From NCBI GenBank assembly GCA_964016885.1, contig OZ024764.1, positions 22,258,001 through 22,322,000 of the forward strand: a DNA stretch of 64,000 nucleotides. Reading direction: 5' to 3'. Positions within the stretch are counted from its first letter, which is position 1. Every line of letters starts with the position of its first letter. Position numbers and translations under genes: made by a program. The notes beneath the pieces are model-generated. The model was given only the letters and a program-made list of their open reading frames with translations. It ran no database searches and was not told where the DNA came from. Shown piece after piece: positions 12,324-26,139 of this stretch. This DNA is from Eledone cirrhosa (lineage: Eukaryota).

Positions 12324-14762
12324 ACGAGGTAAACATTTTCAACTTTCCCCTTTTTTTGCTTTGTCCGAGACAACTCAAAATATTCTTCAAGGAACTGGAT
12401 TTTCCATTCGGTTGGATCGAACGGATTTTACCATTTATAATCTACGGAGAGGAATAACAGATGTTCGGAGGAAAAAAGAATTATTTGTGGCAACAACGTA
12501 GGGAACCAACCTGGAGCAATTGTATCACACAATTATACTTTCCTCCTTAACATACACTTACAATTTTTCAAAATCAAACCCCCCAAATATAAAATATAAA
12601 TAATTATAAATGGCGAGGAACCATCCCATCTCCCTCTTGAAATAACCTGAATCTATTTATAGTCAGGTGTGACTGAAAGGTCAATCCATACTTCCATTCT
12701 ATTTCACAGAATTAGAAGCTTTGACCACTTGATAGAATTCAGGTCCAGTAATGTAATCACTCCGTAATTGTAAACATCTTGTATCACTATCATTCAGGTT
12801 TTGATTTTACTCAAGTCTTGCCCATGTTTTTTTTTTTTTTTCTTTTTTACACAACCTCACAATTTCGGTTTTTACTGTGGATTTACCCATGCGAACTATT
12901 ACACAAACTCACAGCCTTAGACTTTGTATTTCTAGCGTTTTTATTTTCCTTCTCTTTGCATGTTCAGTGCTCTTTCTCTCCCACTGTATTTACCTGCCTC
13001 TCACATGACCACACTCCTCTCTACGTACTCATCATCTTCTCACTCCTTCTACACCTTCCAACGCTGACCCTCTACTGCCGGCTGTTGCCAGCCCGCCACC
13101 TGATTGCGCCCTCTGTGCCCGCACTAACCAGTACTTAAAGACAATTAAATGTCACCTATGCCACGCAAGCCAAAGCTCAAGCCGAAAGGCTTCAACACTG
13201 GACCTGTCATCGGTGCCACTCCAGCTCTGACTATTCCGTGGGGATGACCAACACTCTACCGACGACTTTGCCACAGCCCCCCGGGGCTTCTCCAAATCAA
13301 AGCTCCTTAGGAGCCCCGATCACAGATCTGGCCTTCGAGTCAACCATCCAATTGAAGATGGTAGGCCTTGAGCAGCTGCTGAGGAATATTGAAGATATCG
13401 AACCCCATCAAGGTTTCTTCTTACTCAGGAACTACCTGTCTATTCCTAAGCTTCTGTATCTGCTCAGGGTCAGCCCCTCTCACAGATTTCCATCCTGCCT
13501 CCAACGCTTCGACGACCTAATCTTCGAGAGACTCGAGTGTCTGGTCAATGTTAGTAAATGTTCGTCCCTCTCTCTCCCCTGCTTCCTTTCCTCCACCCAA
13601 GCTTGCAGCATCCTCTCCTCTCCAATATGGACTAGTTCCAACAGGGAGTTGTGTGAAGCTCTCCAGCAATGGAGTGAGTTGGGCTTGTCTCTTCCTGAGA
13701 AGGTGGAGGACAGTCGAAGTCAGAGAACTTGGGACAGGATACGTTGGAATGCCACCTTCGACTCCCTCTTTGTCCTCTCAGATCAGTCTGCAAGGTGCCG
13801 CTTACCATCTGCCAGCGCCAAATACTCCGGTGACTGGGTCGATGCCTTACCCGTGGCCAACGTTGGCGGCCTACTCAGCCTGGATGAACTTCGTGTCTCC
13901 ATCACCCTCAGAGTGGGAGCTGACGTCTGCATGGGTTTGAGATGTGGCTAACTCCTCGACTCCACAGGCCCCCATGGTTTTTCTTGCCGCCTGAATGCCG
14001 GCCACTTTGCCCGTCACACGGAGCTAAACTTTATTCTGAAGAGAGCTTTGGCCCGGGCAAACATCCCCTCGGTCTTGGAACCATCTGGGTTGTCCAGAAG
14101 TGACGGCAAAAGACCTGACGGCCTTACCCTGTGCCCCTGGTCGAGAGGCAGGTGCTTAATCTGGGACGTCACTGTTAGTGACTCCTTTGCTCTTTCCCAC
14201 ATCCTTGATGCTGCGGTAAGGACGAGAGCTACATTTTTCAGCCTGTGGCTTTCGAGACGTTTGGGGGAGTCGGGCCGCTGACTGCGAGGTTCCTTTCCTC
14301 ACTGGCTGCTCGCCTTATAGAGGTAACTGGCGAAATCGCGAGGGCGCTTGGCTGTTCCAGCACCTCAGCCTCGCCATCACCCGAGGTAACACTGCCAGTA
14401 TGCTGGCTTGCCTCAAAACTCATTAGAGAGGTTTCCCAGTACCCCTCGTTGCTGTCTTTTGCTCTGGTGTTGGCTCCATTGTCCACCCCTTCCTTTACAT
14501 TTTCTTTAATATTGCAACATTGAAGGAATTTATCTTTCATTGTATCATCCTTTATAGTGTTACCGAGGCATTTGTAATGTTATTTATATATTTAAAACAT
14601 ATTTGTTATGTTATTCTACTGTAAATTTATTTATATGCTCTGTTTATGTTTTCATTCTGAAGTAACTTATCCACTTGTGTTGATATAAGTGATGCTATGA
14701 CTTTCCTCTAAGCATTGTGTCATTATATATGTTATTATAAACGTGAATAAATTGAATTTATA
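12324..14762 (+). mobile_element. Internally deleted CRE-like (restriction-like endonuclease) non-LTR retrotransposon plus ~500 bp unassigned 5' sequence, U1-specific
   Basis: PKLLYLLR, GDWVDALP, C-x-HG-x2-C, RH, EP, KRPDG, WDVTV, FETFGG motifs in ORFs 13238-14523; RT core absent; ends AATAAA; empty site CACCAA|GTGTGATA at 60490. Confidence 0.85.
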
Positions 14763-14950
14763 GTGTGATAATAGGCCACACCTCACACCCTAGGGGTTAA
14801 CTACACACTTTGAGGCAAGCCAACACACTGGCAGCATTACAACGGGTGATGGTGAGGCTAAGGTGCTGAAATAACCAGGTACCCTCACGGGTATCACCTG
14901 ACGCCTCTATAAGGTGAGGCTACGGTGCTGAAATAACCAGGTACCCTCAC
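14763..14950 (-). mobile_element. Older CRE-like 3' end with ~59-bp tandem repeats (left part 12110-12323; uninterrupted copies ~28300-28823, 60270-60722)
   Basis: Minus translation GDTREGTWLFQHLSLTITRCNAASVLACL; its 3'UTR is reverse-homologous to 14575-14630. Confidence 0.8.
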
Positions 14951-15310
14951 GGAAACGACTAGATTTGTAGAAAAAGTAGGGTGAAAGTATACAAAGAGAT
15001 GTAGTTTCACAGATCTACTCACACCTCACGTTGGGTGAGAATAATTATTTTTCTTAGAATTCTTGCTATACCCCTTTTCCAGTATTTTTTCTCTGGACCC
15101 CTTAGATACTTGCGATAGACGTTTTATTCCCCAGTATTAGGGTTAGGGTTTCCGTTTTCAGGAAGAAAAGTCGATTGCAAACATCTAAGAGGTCGAGAAA
15201 TAAAATTAAGGAAAGATAATTATTTCCCAGCCAACTGGAGAAGTGTGTAGCTCTTCTTAACTCTGATAATCCTGTCTCCCATTTCTTTATCTACAAATCT
15301 AGTCGTTTCC
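14951..15310. mobile_element. Fold-back MITE with 21-bp perfect TIR and central (TTAGGG)2 (copy 60723-61080; right half 28825-29051)
   Basis: GGAAACGACTAGATTTGTAGA ... TCTACAAATCTAGTCGTTTCC with longer imperfect arms. Confidence 0.8.
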
Positions 15311-15803
15311 TGCTACTTTGTTCCCTGGGGTATGCCTTAGTATTTGACACCATCTATCTGTCTTACTCCCTAACTAGCAAGAAGTCAATCTGTCTCATGT
15401 GCTCACCTGATTGGTAGGTTATTAGGTGGTTGGTAGGTTTATTATAACTAGGTCTCTGTCATTGTGGTTATCTCTACTTATTCCTTTTCTACATATGGAG
15501 CAGAGCCACTTTCCTGAAGGGGTCAGGGTCTTCTCTCCTATCCATTACCATTTTAGTTTTGGCTAAGTATATTCTCAGAACTTACCATTTCAAATTCTAT
15601 ATCTATAGCTGGTCATCTACATAGAGAAGTTTCCATAGACAGCCAGTCTTAAACCTCTCTGTTATGGCTTGGAGAACTATGATGAACAACAGTGGGCTAA
15701 GAACTAAACCATGATGAACTCCTACCTGTACCTTCAATTCCTCACTAATCACACTTTACTGACAGCTTCTCAAAAGCCATTCTTCTACACCTAATTTCTT
15801 TAA

Positions 15804-16009
15804 CCCTTTAGTATATAAAATGGCCATATCTGGCCAGATTTCTCCCACATCTTTCTGTTCAAACTGGCAGTAACTGGTCACTTATACTTATGTTAAGGTA
15901 TTGTTCTCAAAATAAATAACATGAACATCTCAGATTTGACATTATGAGAGATAAAGCATTTACTGTGAAAATATAATAGTAAATATAGAGTAATGTGAAT
16001 ACTAAAGGG
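15804..16009. mobile_element. piggyBac-type MITE (copies 33412-33619, 49696-49903)
   Basis: TTAA|CCCTTTAGTAT ... ATACTAAAGGG|TTAA. Confidence 0.85.
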
Positions 16010-16011
16010 TT

Positions 16012-16852
16012 AATCTAATGTCACTAATAACTACTTTTATCAGTCAGTATAATCTAATGTCACTAATAACTACTTTTATCAGTCAGTTTAATCTAATGTC
16101 ACTAATAACTACTTTTATCAGTCAGTATAATCTAACGTCACTAATAACTACTTTTATCAGTCAGTATAATCTAATGTCACTAATAACTACTTTTATCTGT
16201 CAGTATAATCTAATGTCACTAATAACTACTTTTATCAGTCAGTATAATCTAATGTCACTAATAACTACTTTTATCAGTCAGTTTAATCTACCTCACTAAT
16301 AACTACTTTTATCAGTCAGTTTAATCTAATGTCACTAATAACTACTTTTATCAGTCAGTTTAATCTAATGTCACTAATAACTACTTTTATCAGTCAGTTT
16401 AATCTACCTCACTAATAACTACTTTTATCTGTCAGTATAATCTAATGTCACTAATAACTACTTTTATCAGTCAGTTTAATCTAATGTCACTAATAACTAC
16501 TTTTATCAGTCAGTTTAATCTAATGTCACTAATAACTACTTTTATCAGTCAGTTTAATCTAATGTCACTAATAACTACTTTTATCAGTCAGTTTAATCTA
16601 ATGTCACTAATAACTACTTTTATCAGTCAGTTTAATCTAATGTCACTAATAACTACTTTTATCAGTCAGTTTAATCTAATGTCACTAATAACTACTTTTA
16701 TCAGTCACTTTAATCTAATGTCACTAATAACTACTTTTATCAGTCAGTATAATCTACTGCCACTAATAACTACTTTTATCAGTCAGTATAATCTAATGTC
16801 ACTAATAACTACTTTTATCAGTCAGTTTAATCTACTGCCACTAATAACTAAC
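16012..16852 (+). repeat. 39-bp minisatellite, ~21 copies (only ~2.5 copies at 33622 and 49906)
   Basis: Unit AATCTAATGTCACTAATAACTACTTTTATCAGTCAGTWT. Confidence 0.95.
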
Positions 16853-16980
16853 CTATGTTAGTCAGCACATTCTTCACCAAGGAAGGCCTTAGTATTTATT
16901 ACAGTCCATTTATCAATATAGAAATATTATATGAAATTTGTACTGATGTATTACAAGTTTCTAAGTATCTTATAATGTTC

Positions 16981-16994
16981 TTTTATTATTTCAG
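16981..16994 (+). promoter_or_regulatory. Candidate 3' splice acceptor of ZNF coding exon (AG ends 16994; copies 33865, 50149)
   Basis: TTCTTTTATTATTTCAG|AATACC conserved upstream of all three ZNF ORFs. Confidence 0.65.
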
Positions 16995-17794
16995 AATACC
17001 AGAGGACATTGGCATTAAAGAGCACGTTACATCAGACATATCCTCAACATTAACCATTTCTAATGAAAGACACTACCCATCATTTTCAAATAATTTTGAA
17101 AACACTCAACACTTTGAAGGGATTTAGTAATATAACTAAATTTCTCAGTATTAAGCTGCTATTTGGAACATAACTTTGCACAATTTCATGAAGTTATAAT
17201 GGAAAGTTTTTAGATAAATATAAAGACTGGTATGAAAAGGATAAAACACTTTTATATCAGTTGTTTCATCAACACCATTATTTAAAGACTAAAGGAAGCT
17301 GTTATACAGAACAGATACAACCTTGTTTATATAAATCTATGGGAGAAATACTGTGAAATATTTCTTGTAAACTCAATAACACTTCTATTCTTTGCTGTCT
17401 GGAATATGTAGAAGATACAAAATAAAGCAGAAGAAATTTACACATGATTTTGTAAGATCTTCATATATTGACAAAGATGATAGTTGATGGAAGTACAGGA
17501 GTAGAATTATTTCCATTATTACAGGAATAACTAATCAAATAAAAACCAGACAAATTAGATTCTTCACTGTCTGGAATATGTACAAGATGATTTTATATGT
17601 ATATTAAGCTTGAAGAGATCTACAAAACAGTTTGTATCATCTTTAAATATAAAGAAAGACCAAAGTTGATGTAAATATATCTGGAGGAATATGTTTTAGG
17701 AATAATATTATAAACATAAAGAAGAAAAATATCCATATATTGCGAGGAGAAAAATATTAAAACTGTGAATTATGTGAGAAACTGAGGTCATTGA

Positions 17795-18592
<798 letters not shown>

Positions 18593-19246
18593 CTGTATCA
18601 ATATCAAACTCATTACATCATACTACAACAACAACAACAATTGTGTAGATCCATCATCCTGGCTAAAACTGGGGATAACCTTGTAGGTTTTACCTAGGAC
18701 AGGGATCATAAAGACCAGGTTTCCATTTTTGAAGTAGTGTTTGAAGATTTTGTGTAAATTGAAGTTTTTCACATTAAACTTTGATTTATTATACTTTAAC
18801 AGGTAAGATATATATTTGTATTTTCAGTAAAGGTTGGGAACTTCTGTAATTTAAACCTGCCAATAAAATGAAAACTTTTGTTGTTGCTAGTCAGACATTG
18901 ATATTAATTCTATTGTCCTGTACATTGTCTCACATATCACAGATTAAACAGATTTTAACAATAACAACAGAAATCAATAACTTGTAAGCCTAATATCTAG
19001 CTTCCATTTTAACTATTTGATATTGTTGTTCCCCTTCTGTCTCTTCAGGTCTTTTAGATTTCAACTTCTATCTACTGTACTATTCCATCACCAAGGCAAC
19101 ATTCATCTGGCTGGCAGCTTACATCAACTACAAATCTCATCAGTGGTTCACAACAGGCTGGCTGAAAGAAACTTCCAGATATCTTCTATGTCATAGCTAT
19201 CAATCTCCTCCTCCTTATCATATATATCATGTAGAACATCTCTGAA

Positions 19247-19650
19247 TTTATATTTAACAGGGAGATCTTTTACTGTCCCTACCCTTTTCTCTATGTTGTC
19301 TTGTACCAGTCTCACAGTCCCTCCAGATCTTATATTTAACAGGGAGATCTTTTACTGTCCCTACCCTTTTCTTTAGGTTATCTTGTACCTCTCTCACAGT
19401 CCCTGTAGATCTTATATTTAACAGGGAGATCTTTTACTGTCCCTACCCTTTTCTCTAGGTTGTCTTGTACCTCTCACAGTCCCTGTAGATCTTATATTTA
19501 ACATGGAGATCTTTTACTGTCCCTACCCTTTTCTCTAGGTGGTGTTGTACCTCTCTCACCGTCCCTGTAGATCTTATATTTAACAGGGAGATCTTTTACT
19601 CTCCAACCCTTCTTTCTACAGATAGTCTTGTATCTGTCAGTCCCTCTAGA
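19247..19650 (+). repeat. 80-82-bp minisatellite, ~5 copies (~6 at 36760-37250 and 52652-53140; ~1.5 at 520-660)
   Basis: Unit CTTATATTTAACAGGGAGATCTTTTACTGTCCCTACCC...CCCTSTAGAT. Confidence 0.9.
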
Positions 19651-21786
19651 TCTCACACCTAGTATCTAGTCTATGTTGAGTGGTACGTCCTTCTCCAGTA
19701 AAGGAGTTAATATTCCCAACCATCTGTCTATCCTGTTTTCTGATGAGAATGAAGTCAATCTAGTTTATCTCTTCACCTGATTGAAGTAACTAGAACAAGT
19801 AACTAGATGTTTTCCTGTAAGTTAGTGTTGCAGTGTTTGTGTCACCATGTAAGGTTTATATCTATTAATATAGAGATGTAGTAAAGTTTTCACTGTTGTA
19901 TCTCTACTTTCTAAATATCTTAATAATGTTTCTCTACTATTTCAGAATATCACATGACTTTGACAGAAAAGAGTCTTTTAAAGACAACAGAAAGATGTTA
20001 CATACAAGTGATATAAACTTGTTTAGTCTGTGGTGAATTATGGTGAAATATTTCTTCTGAATTGAGATAAATAACAATATTTTTCTTTTTCACTGTCTGG
20101 AATATTTACAAGATGATTTTACATTCTGATTAAACTTTGGATATTTACAAAGGAGTTTTCAAAATATTGGATATTGACAAAGATCACATTTGATAAAATT
20201 ATGAACAATAGAAATATTTACATCAACATAGGAATATTTTCCAGTAGAGATGGGAAAATCATTATACCACTGTAATATTTGTGGTAAAGTATTCTCTCTT
20301 CTTCATATGTAGAACATCTAACTAAACACTTTAACTAACAAACTATTGTGCTATAGAATTGACAAACTTGAAGAATGTTTAATAAATGTTACAGATTTCT
20401 CCAAACTGTCGTTTACTAACTTTAATTTGAAGCTATATTATCTATATACTACTAAAACTCTGTGATCGTGTCTTGTCTGTAATTTAATACAGCTAAAACA
20501 GTGCATAATGGGGAAATACTTTGAAAAGAATAAAACAAGTTTTGTATAAATTGGAGCACAGGTTCCCAAGATACGGGGTTTTCTGAGTACCTTGATAAAT
20601 ATAGGGAGAGAAAGAGATAGTGGTTGTGAGAGTGAGGAGACAGATGGAAGAGAGAGTGAGAGCTGGTGGTGTTTAATAAAATATGTGTGTGTGTATATAT
20701 GTATATATATACGTATGTGTATATTTTAACTATTTAAAAACTATTTTAAAATGATATTTAAAAAATAGTTTTAAGGGAACGTGACAGAACAGGTCCCAGG
20801 TCGTCTAGTTTGTTACTAAATACTAGATATTAGAGGGTCATGTTCTAGATGTGCTGGAAGAGCTATTCCATCTTGTGAGGTTCACACCAGCAGCTAGCCA
20901 CCTTAGCACCTATGGTGGTATATTTATTATATTATTTATTCTTTATCATTAATATTAATATAAAAGATAATTATATATTTTTAGAGAAGAACTTCTGATT
21001 TCATATAGTTTAGGGCTTCAGTAGGTAAAAGTCTGGCCCTGCTTGTCTTGTATTTTTTAGGGGAGAAGTTAGGGAATACTGTTATTGTGTGAAAGTTTTC
21101 TAAATCTTCTTCAGCCACTAACATGGAGAAGATATTTCAGTAAGAAGGTTCACATCCTGACATCTATAGCTGTTAACAAGGAGATTGGAATTCATTATTA
21201 AACAAATGTTATATCATCATCACTGTTTTACATCATTTTTTCCACGCTGGCATGGGTTAGACGAGTTATCCTGTTGTAAGCAATGCCAGGTCAGGTGATC
21301 ACGTGTTGCTTCTACAGAACCAATTTTGGTTTGGTTTCTACAGCTGGATGACCTTCCTAGAACCAAGCTTATTTACATTGAGTACTGGGTGCTTTTTACC
21401 ATCTCACCAACTCGACCACTTCACAGTGTGGGCTGGGTACTTTTTAACTTTTTGTCATGATACCTACAGTACCACTTTACAATGAGTACTGGGTACTTTC
21501 TGTTGTGACACCTACAGTACCACTTTACTGTGAGTACTGGGTACTTTCTGTTGTGACTCCTACTTGACCACTTTACAGTGAGTACTGGGTACTTTATGTC
21601 ATGACACCTACAGTACCACTTTACAGTGTGAACTGGATACTTTTTGTTGTGACACCTACACAACCTCTTTACAGTGTTGGCAGTGAAATATCTAATGCAC
21701 CAGCTTCAGTAATCAGAAGATCGCTGTTTTCTATATTATAATTTTATAATATACATATACACACACAAACACAAATATATATATAG

Positions 21787-24555
21787 ATGTGTGCTGCGTG
21801 CAAGAGGTGAGATGGAGAGGTGCCTCTGCGAGACTAGTCGTAGGCAAACATCTTAGCTATAAGCTTTTCTGGGTAGGTAAGGATGATGGGTTAGGGGGAG
21901 TAGGCATTTTCCTGGCTGAGAGATGGATCAATAAGACAATAGAGGTAGTTCGAGTTAGTAATAGAATAAGCTTAGGTTAGTTGTAGGCAGGAGACTACTG
22001 ACAATCATCTCTGCCTATGACAGAGGACGGAGACATCATTATGCTAGTAGGGGACTTCAATGGTCATGTTGGACAGCTCCAGGATGGTTATACTGGGGTA
22101 CATGGTGGGCACGGTTACGGCTCAAGAAATGAAGAAGGAGTGAGACTTCTTGAATTTTGTGATGCAGGTACATTGACTATTTGCAACACAAACTTCCAGA
22201 AACCTGCCAATCACCTAATAACCTACAAATCGGGCGAGCACATAAGCCAGATTGACTTCTTACTAGTTAGGCAGCGGGACAGGCAGATCGTGTCTAATAC
22301 CATGGCATACCCTGGGGAAGAATGTACCCCACAGCATAGGTTAGTTGTTAGTGATATCTCAGTAAGCAAGAGATGGAATGAGACATACAGGAAGGTGTGG
22401 AGAAGAAAGGTCTGGAAGCTAAAAGAGCTTTAACTAAAATACAAATTTAGGAAAGCCCTTCAAGATGTATATGACGAAAAAGAAGACGATTTAGAGACGT
22501 ATGACATAGATAACAACTGGAATTTCTTGCGTGACAACTTACTGCAGGCTACTGATGAAACTTCTGGCTGGAACAGAGCTCCAACCAGACAGAGAGTGAC
22601 CTGGTGGTGGAACAGCACAGTAGATAAGGCTATTAGAGACAAAAGACTAGCATGGAAGGCTTGGAAAAAGGGTGGGAGTAGGGAAGAATATACAGCCACT
22701 AAGAGAGAAGCTAGACGTCAGGTGTACTTAGCACGCAGGGAGACTGAGAGTAGGAGGTTTGCCAATGTTCTGCGACGGGAAGATCAGGGTCAATGCAAAT
22801 CAGGATGTTGTTGGAGATAAATGTGTCCGGGATGATGCTGGTGTACTTAGTGTCACGAATGATCAGAAAGAGGAGGCCTGGAAATGTCATTATGAGAGAC
22901 TGATGAATGTGGAGAATGAATGGGGGAGAGAGAAATTACCCTTAGTAGATCCGATAGAGGGACCAGCTATTGAGATTGATGAATATAGGGTCCAAGAGGC
23001 GATTAAGGAAATGAAAAATGGTAAGGCTGCTGGACCATCGCGAATAGTTGCTGAGATGCTGAAGGCATCAGGGGACGTAGACACTAAACTGGTTGCACAC
23101 ATCACTAATCAGGCTATATATGGTGGTGTCATACCCAAAGACTGGTGCAGCAGTATTCTCATAAATTGCTACAAAGGTAAAAGGGAGAGGAGCAATTATA
23201 GGGGTATAAAACTGATGGATCAGGTTATGAAAGTGGCAGAAAGGATATTAGCACAACTAATTAGAGAAAGGGTCAAACTAGATGAGATGCAGTTTGGTTT
23301 TGTGCCTGGGAAGAGTACAACCGATGCCCTCATCTTGGTGAGACAATTGCAAGAGAGGTTCTTAGAGAAAAATAAGCCACTCTACTTAGCCTTTATTGAC
23401 CTAGAGAAGACCTTTGATAGGGTACCCCGATCTGTCATCTGGTGGTCCCTAAGGAAGCTAGGTGTTGAGGAATGGCTTGTGAGGACAGTGCAAGCTATGT
23501 ACAAGTAGGAGTACATCAACGTTCGGTCCTCAGTCCGCTCTTGTTCATTATAGTCCTCCAAGTCATAACAGAGGAGTTTAAGACTGGCTGTCCATGGGAA
23601 CTTCTCTATGCTGACGATCTGGTTCTTATAGCAGAATCAGTAGAGGAGCTAGAGAATAAATTCTGGCTTTGGAAACAGCAAGAGGACTGAGAGTGAACCT
23701 AGCTATGACAAAAGTGTTGATGAGTAGAAAAGAGGACAAAACTCTGATTCTATTAGGGAAATGGCCATGTTCGATATGCAGAAAAGGAACTGGCATAAAT
23801 TCTATAAAATGCACACAATGCAGATCCTGGGTACACGAGATGTAGCGGGATAGCAGGCAAACTAACAGGTAGGGAGAAATACGTATGCAGTAGATGTACA
23901 GGGAAATTAGACAGTAGAAGTCGCATTGATAGACACAGTTTTCAAATGCAGGAAGGCGCTATAGAAGTGGTGGATAGCTTTCAGTACCTAGGAGATCAGA
24001 TTAGCATGGGAGGAGGGTGTTCCGAGGCCATAGTAACTAGAATAAGGACGGGTTGGAAGACGTTTAGGGAGCTGCTTCCTCTGCTGACGAAGAAAGGCCG
24101 GTTGTATGATGCCTATGTGAGCACCGCAATGCTGCATGGTAGTGAGACATGGGCAGCAACTTCAGAAATGAGACATCCGTTGGATGTGCATTGTAAATGT
24201 GCGTGAACGACCCAGCATGAATGTGTTGAGAGAGAAACTGTCTGAGATGGATAGACTGTAGTGTACGGGGGAAAAGACTGAGGTGGTATGGACATGTGAT
24301 GGACATGTGATGCGCATGGAGGATGACCGATGGGTGAAGAAGTGCCAGGAAATGACAGTTGAAGGAAGACGTGGTCGAGGTAGACCACGAAAAACATGGG
24401 CGGAGGTGGTTAGAACAGACCTCACATCGTTGAAGCTCACGGTGGAGATGACGAAGGACCGTGATGAGTGGAGAGATGCTGTGCTGAATAAGACCCGTCC
24501 CACCCTTGCGAGCAGGGAATAGCGGACGTGAAATGATGATGATGATGATGATGAT
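21787..24555 (+). mobile_element. Near full-length degraded RTE LINE (APE endonuclease + RT), U2-specific
   Basis: QEVRWRG, GDFNGHVG, SQIDFLL, PQHRLVV, QFGF, LYADD, GRPRKTW fragments; (GAT)n tail abutting Tigger TIR. Confidence 0.93.
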
Positions 24556-24556
24556 A

Positions 24557-26139
24557 CAGTGGTACCTTGATTTACGAGTGTCCCAACTAATCGGCTGATT
24601 TTTTGCGTTGAGTTCCAGGGTAAAATTCGGGTTGCGAGTCAGCTTCAGATGCCCCGCCACTAGTTGGCATAGCGACCGCCACAGGCAATACCATAACACC
24701 CGCCCAGCATCCCATGGCTTCGAAGAAAGTGAGGGCGAAGGACAGTTCTGAGAAGAAGAAGCAGATGATGTGTATTGAATTAAAGAAAGAAATTATAGAA
24801 AAACATGACCAAGGTGTGTGTAGTGGACTTGGTGAAGCAGTACGAGTGATGAAACAGAACTTTTTTGGAAGAAGATGCCACGGAGGACTTATATAATGGC
24901 AGAGGAGAAGAGGATGCCTGGCCACAAACCCATAAAGGATAGGCTAACCCTCGCACTGTGCCAATGTGAGCGGTGACTGTAAGATTAAGTTGCCGCTCGT
25001 TTATCATTCAGACAATTCCAGAGTCTGAAAGAAAAATTGCAGGTTATGTGGAGGGCAAACCCGAGGACATGGGTCACAAGGCAGTTCTTTGTGGAGTGGG
25101 TGAATTTGGTCTTTGGTCCTGACGTTAAAAAATATCTCCAGGAAAATAACCTACCCCTGCAAACCTTCTTGTTTTGGACAATACACCTGCTCACCCACCT
25201 AACCTCGAAGAGTTCAAGTTTATAAAGGTCCTCTACCTTCCACCAAACACCACCCCTAACCTACAGACCAAGGACCAGCAGGTACTTTCTAATTTCAAGA
25301 AGCTCTTCACCAAGCACCTGTTCAGTCGCTGCTTTGAAGTGACGGGGAGCACAAACTTCACCCTTGAGAGGTCTGGAAGGACCATTATGACATCGTGATA
25401 TGCCTCAGAATTATCGATATGACCTGGCAGGGTCTTACAAAGAGGACCTTGACCTCTACATGGAAGAAGCTGTGGCCTGAAGTTGTGTTTAAAACAGACT
25501 TTGAAAGACTGGAACCCGAAGCGGCAGTGGTGGAGGAGATTGCACCCCTCGGTAAGTCCATGGGTCTGGACATGGATGAAGGTGACATCAACGAGCTCAT
25601 CGAGGAGCACCCCGAGGAACTGACAACGAAGGAATTAAAGGAGCTACAGACACAGCAACACACGGAGTTTTTGCAGGAAATAAGTGACACAGAGGAGGTT
25701 ATCTCAACAAGTGAGATGAAACAAACCTTATTAGACAGGTTTTTATTGAAAATCCCTGCAGATAAAAGTGAGGAACGCGTGGCGAAAAGGGCAAAAATCA
25801 GCGAATAAGATTCAGTTATTCAGTTCATCCTTTCTCCTCCGTCAACATCCTCAAGTCGTCTGATCTCCAAGATAGATGCTGTACATTATACTTAATAAAA
25901 CCAGTTTATTGTAGTACATTCTATTGTATTGTTTTTTATATACAATATTTGTCATTTATAAGTACATTTTTCTTATTTAAAAACACGTAACAAAACAAAC
26001 TGTGGTTTTGGGGGGGTCTGGAAACGGATTAACGGCATTTTAATTTATTTCAGTGGGGAAAATTGATTTGACATATGAGTAATTTAAGTTACGAGGTCCT
26101 CCACGGAACAAATTAAACTCATAAGTCAAGGTACAACAG
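24557..26139 (+). mobile_element. Tigger copy with internal deletions
   Basis: Same TIRs and ORF fragments as 7636-9706; TA precedes left TIR. Confidence 0.92.

Noticed and set aside
15137-15150. Telomeric TTAGGG repeat / fusion site
   Set aside because: Only two units, internal to a MITE
16018-16861. Repetitive ORFs MSLITTFISQ(F/Y)NL
   Set aside because: Translation of a 39-bp minisatellite absent at this length in sister units
16855-17127. 90-aa ORF upstream of ZNF as N-terminal effector domain
   Set aside because: Non-ATG start in U1, spans RTE relic and splice acceptor, stops long before fingers, broken in U3
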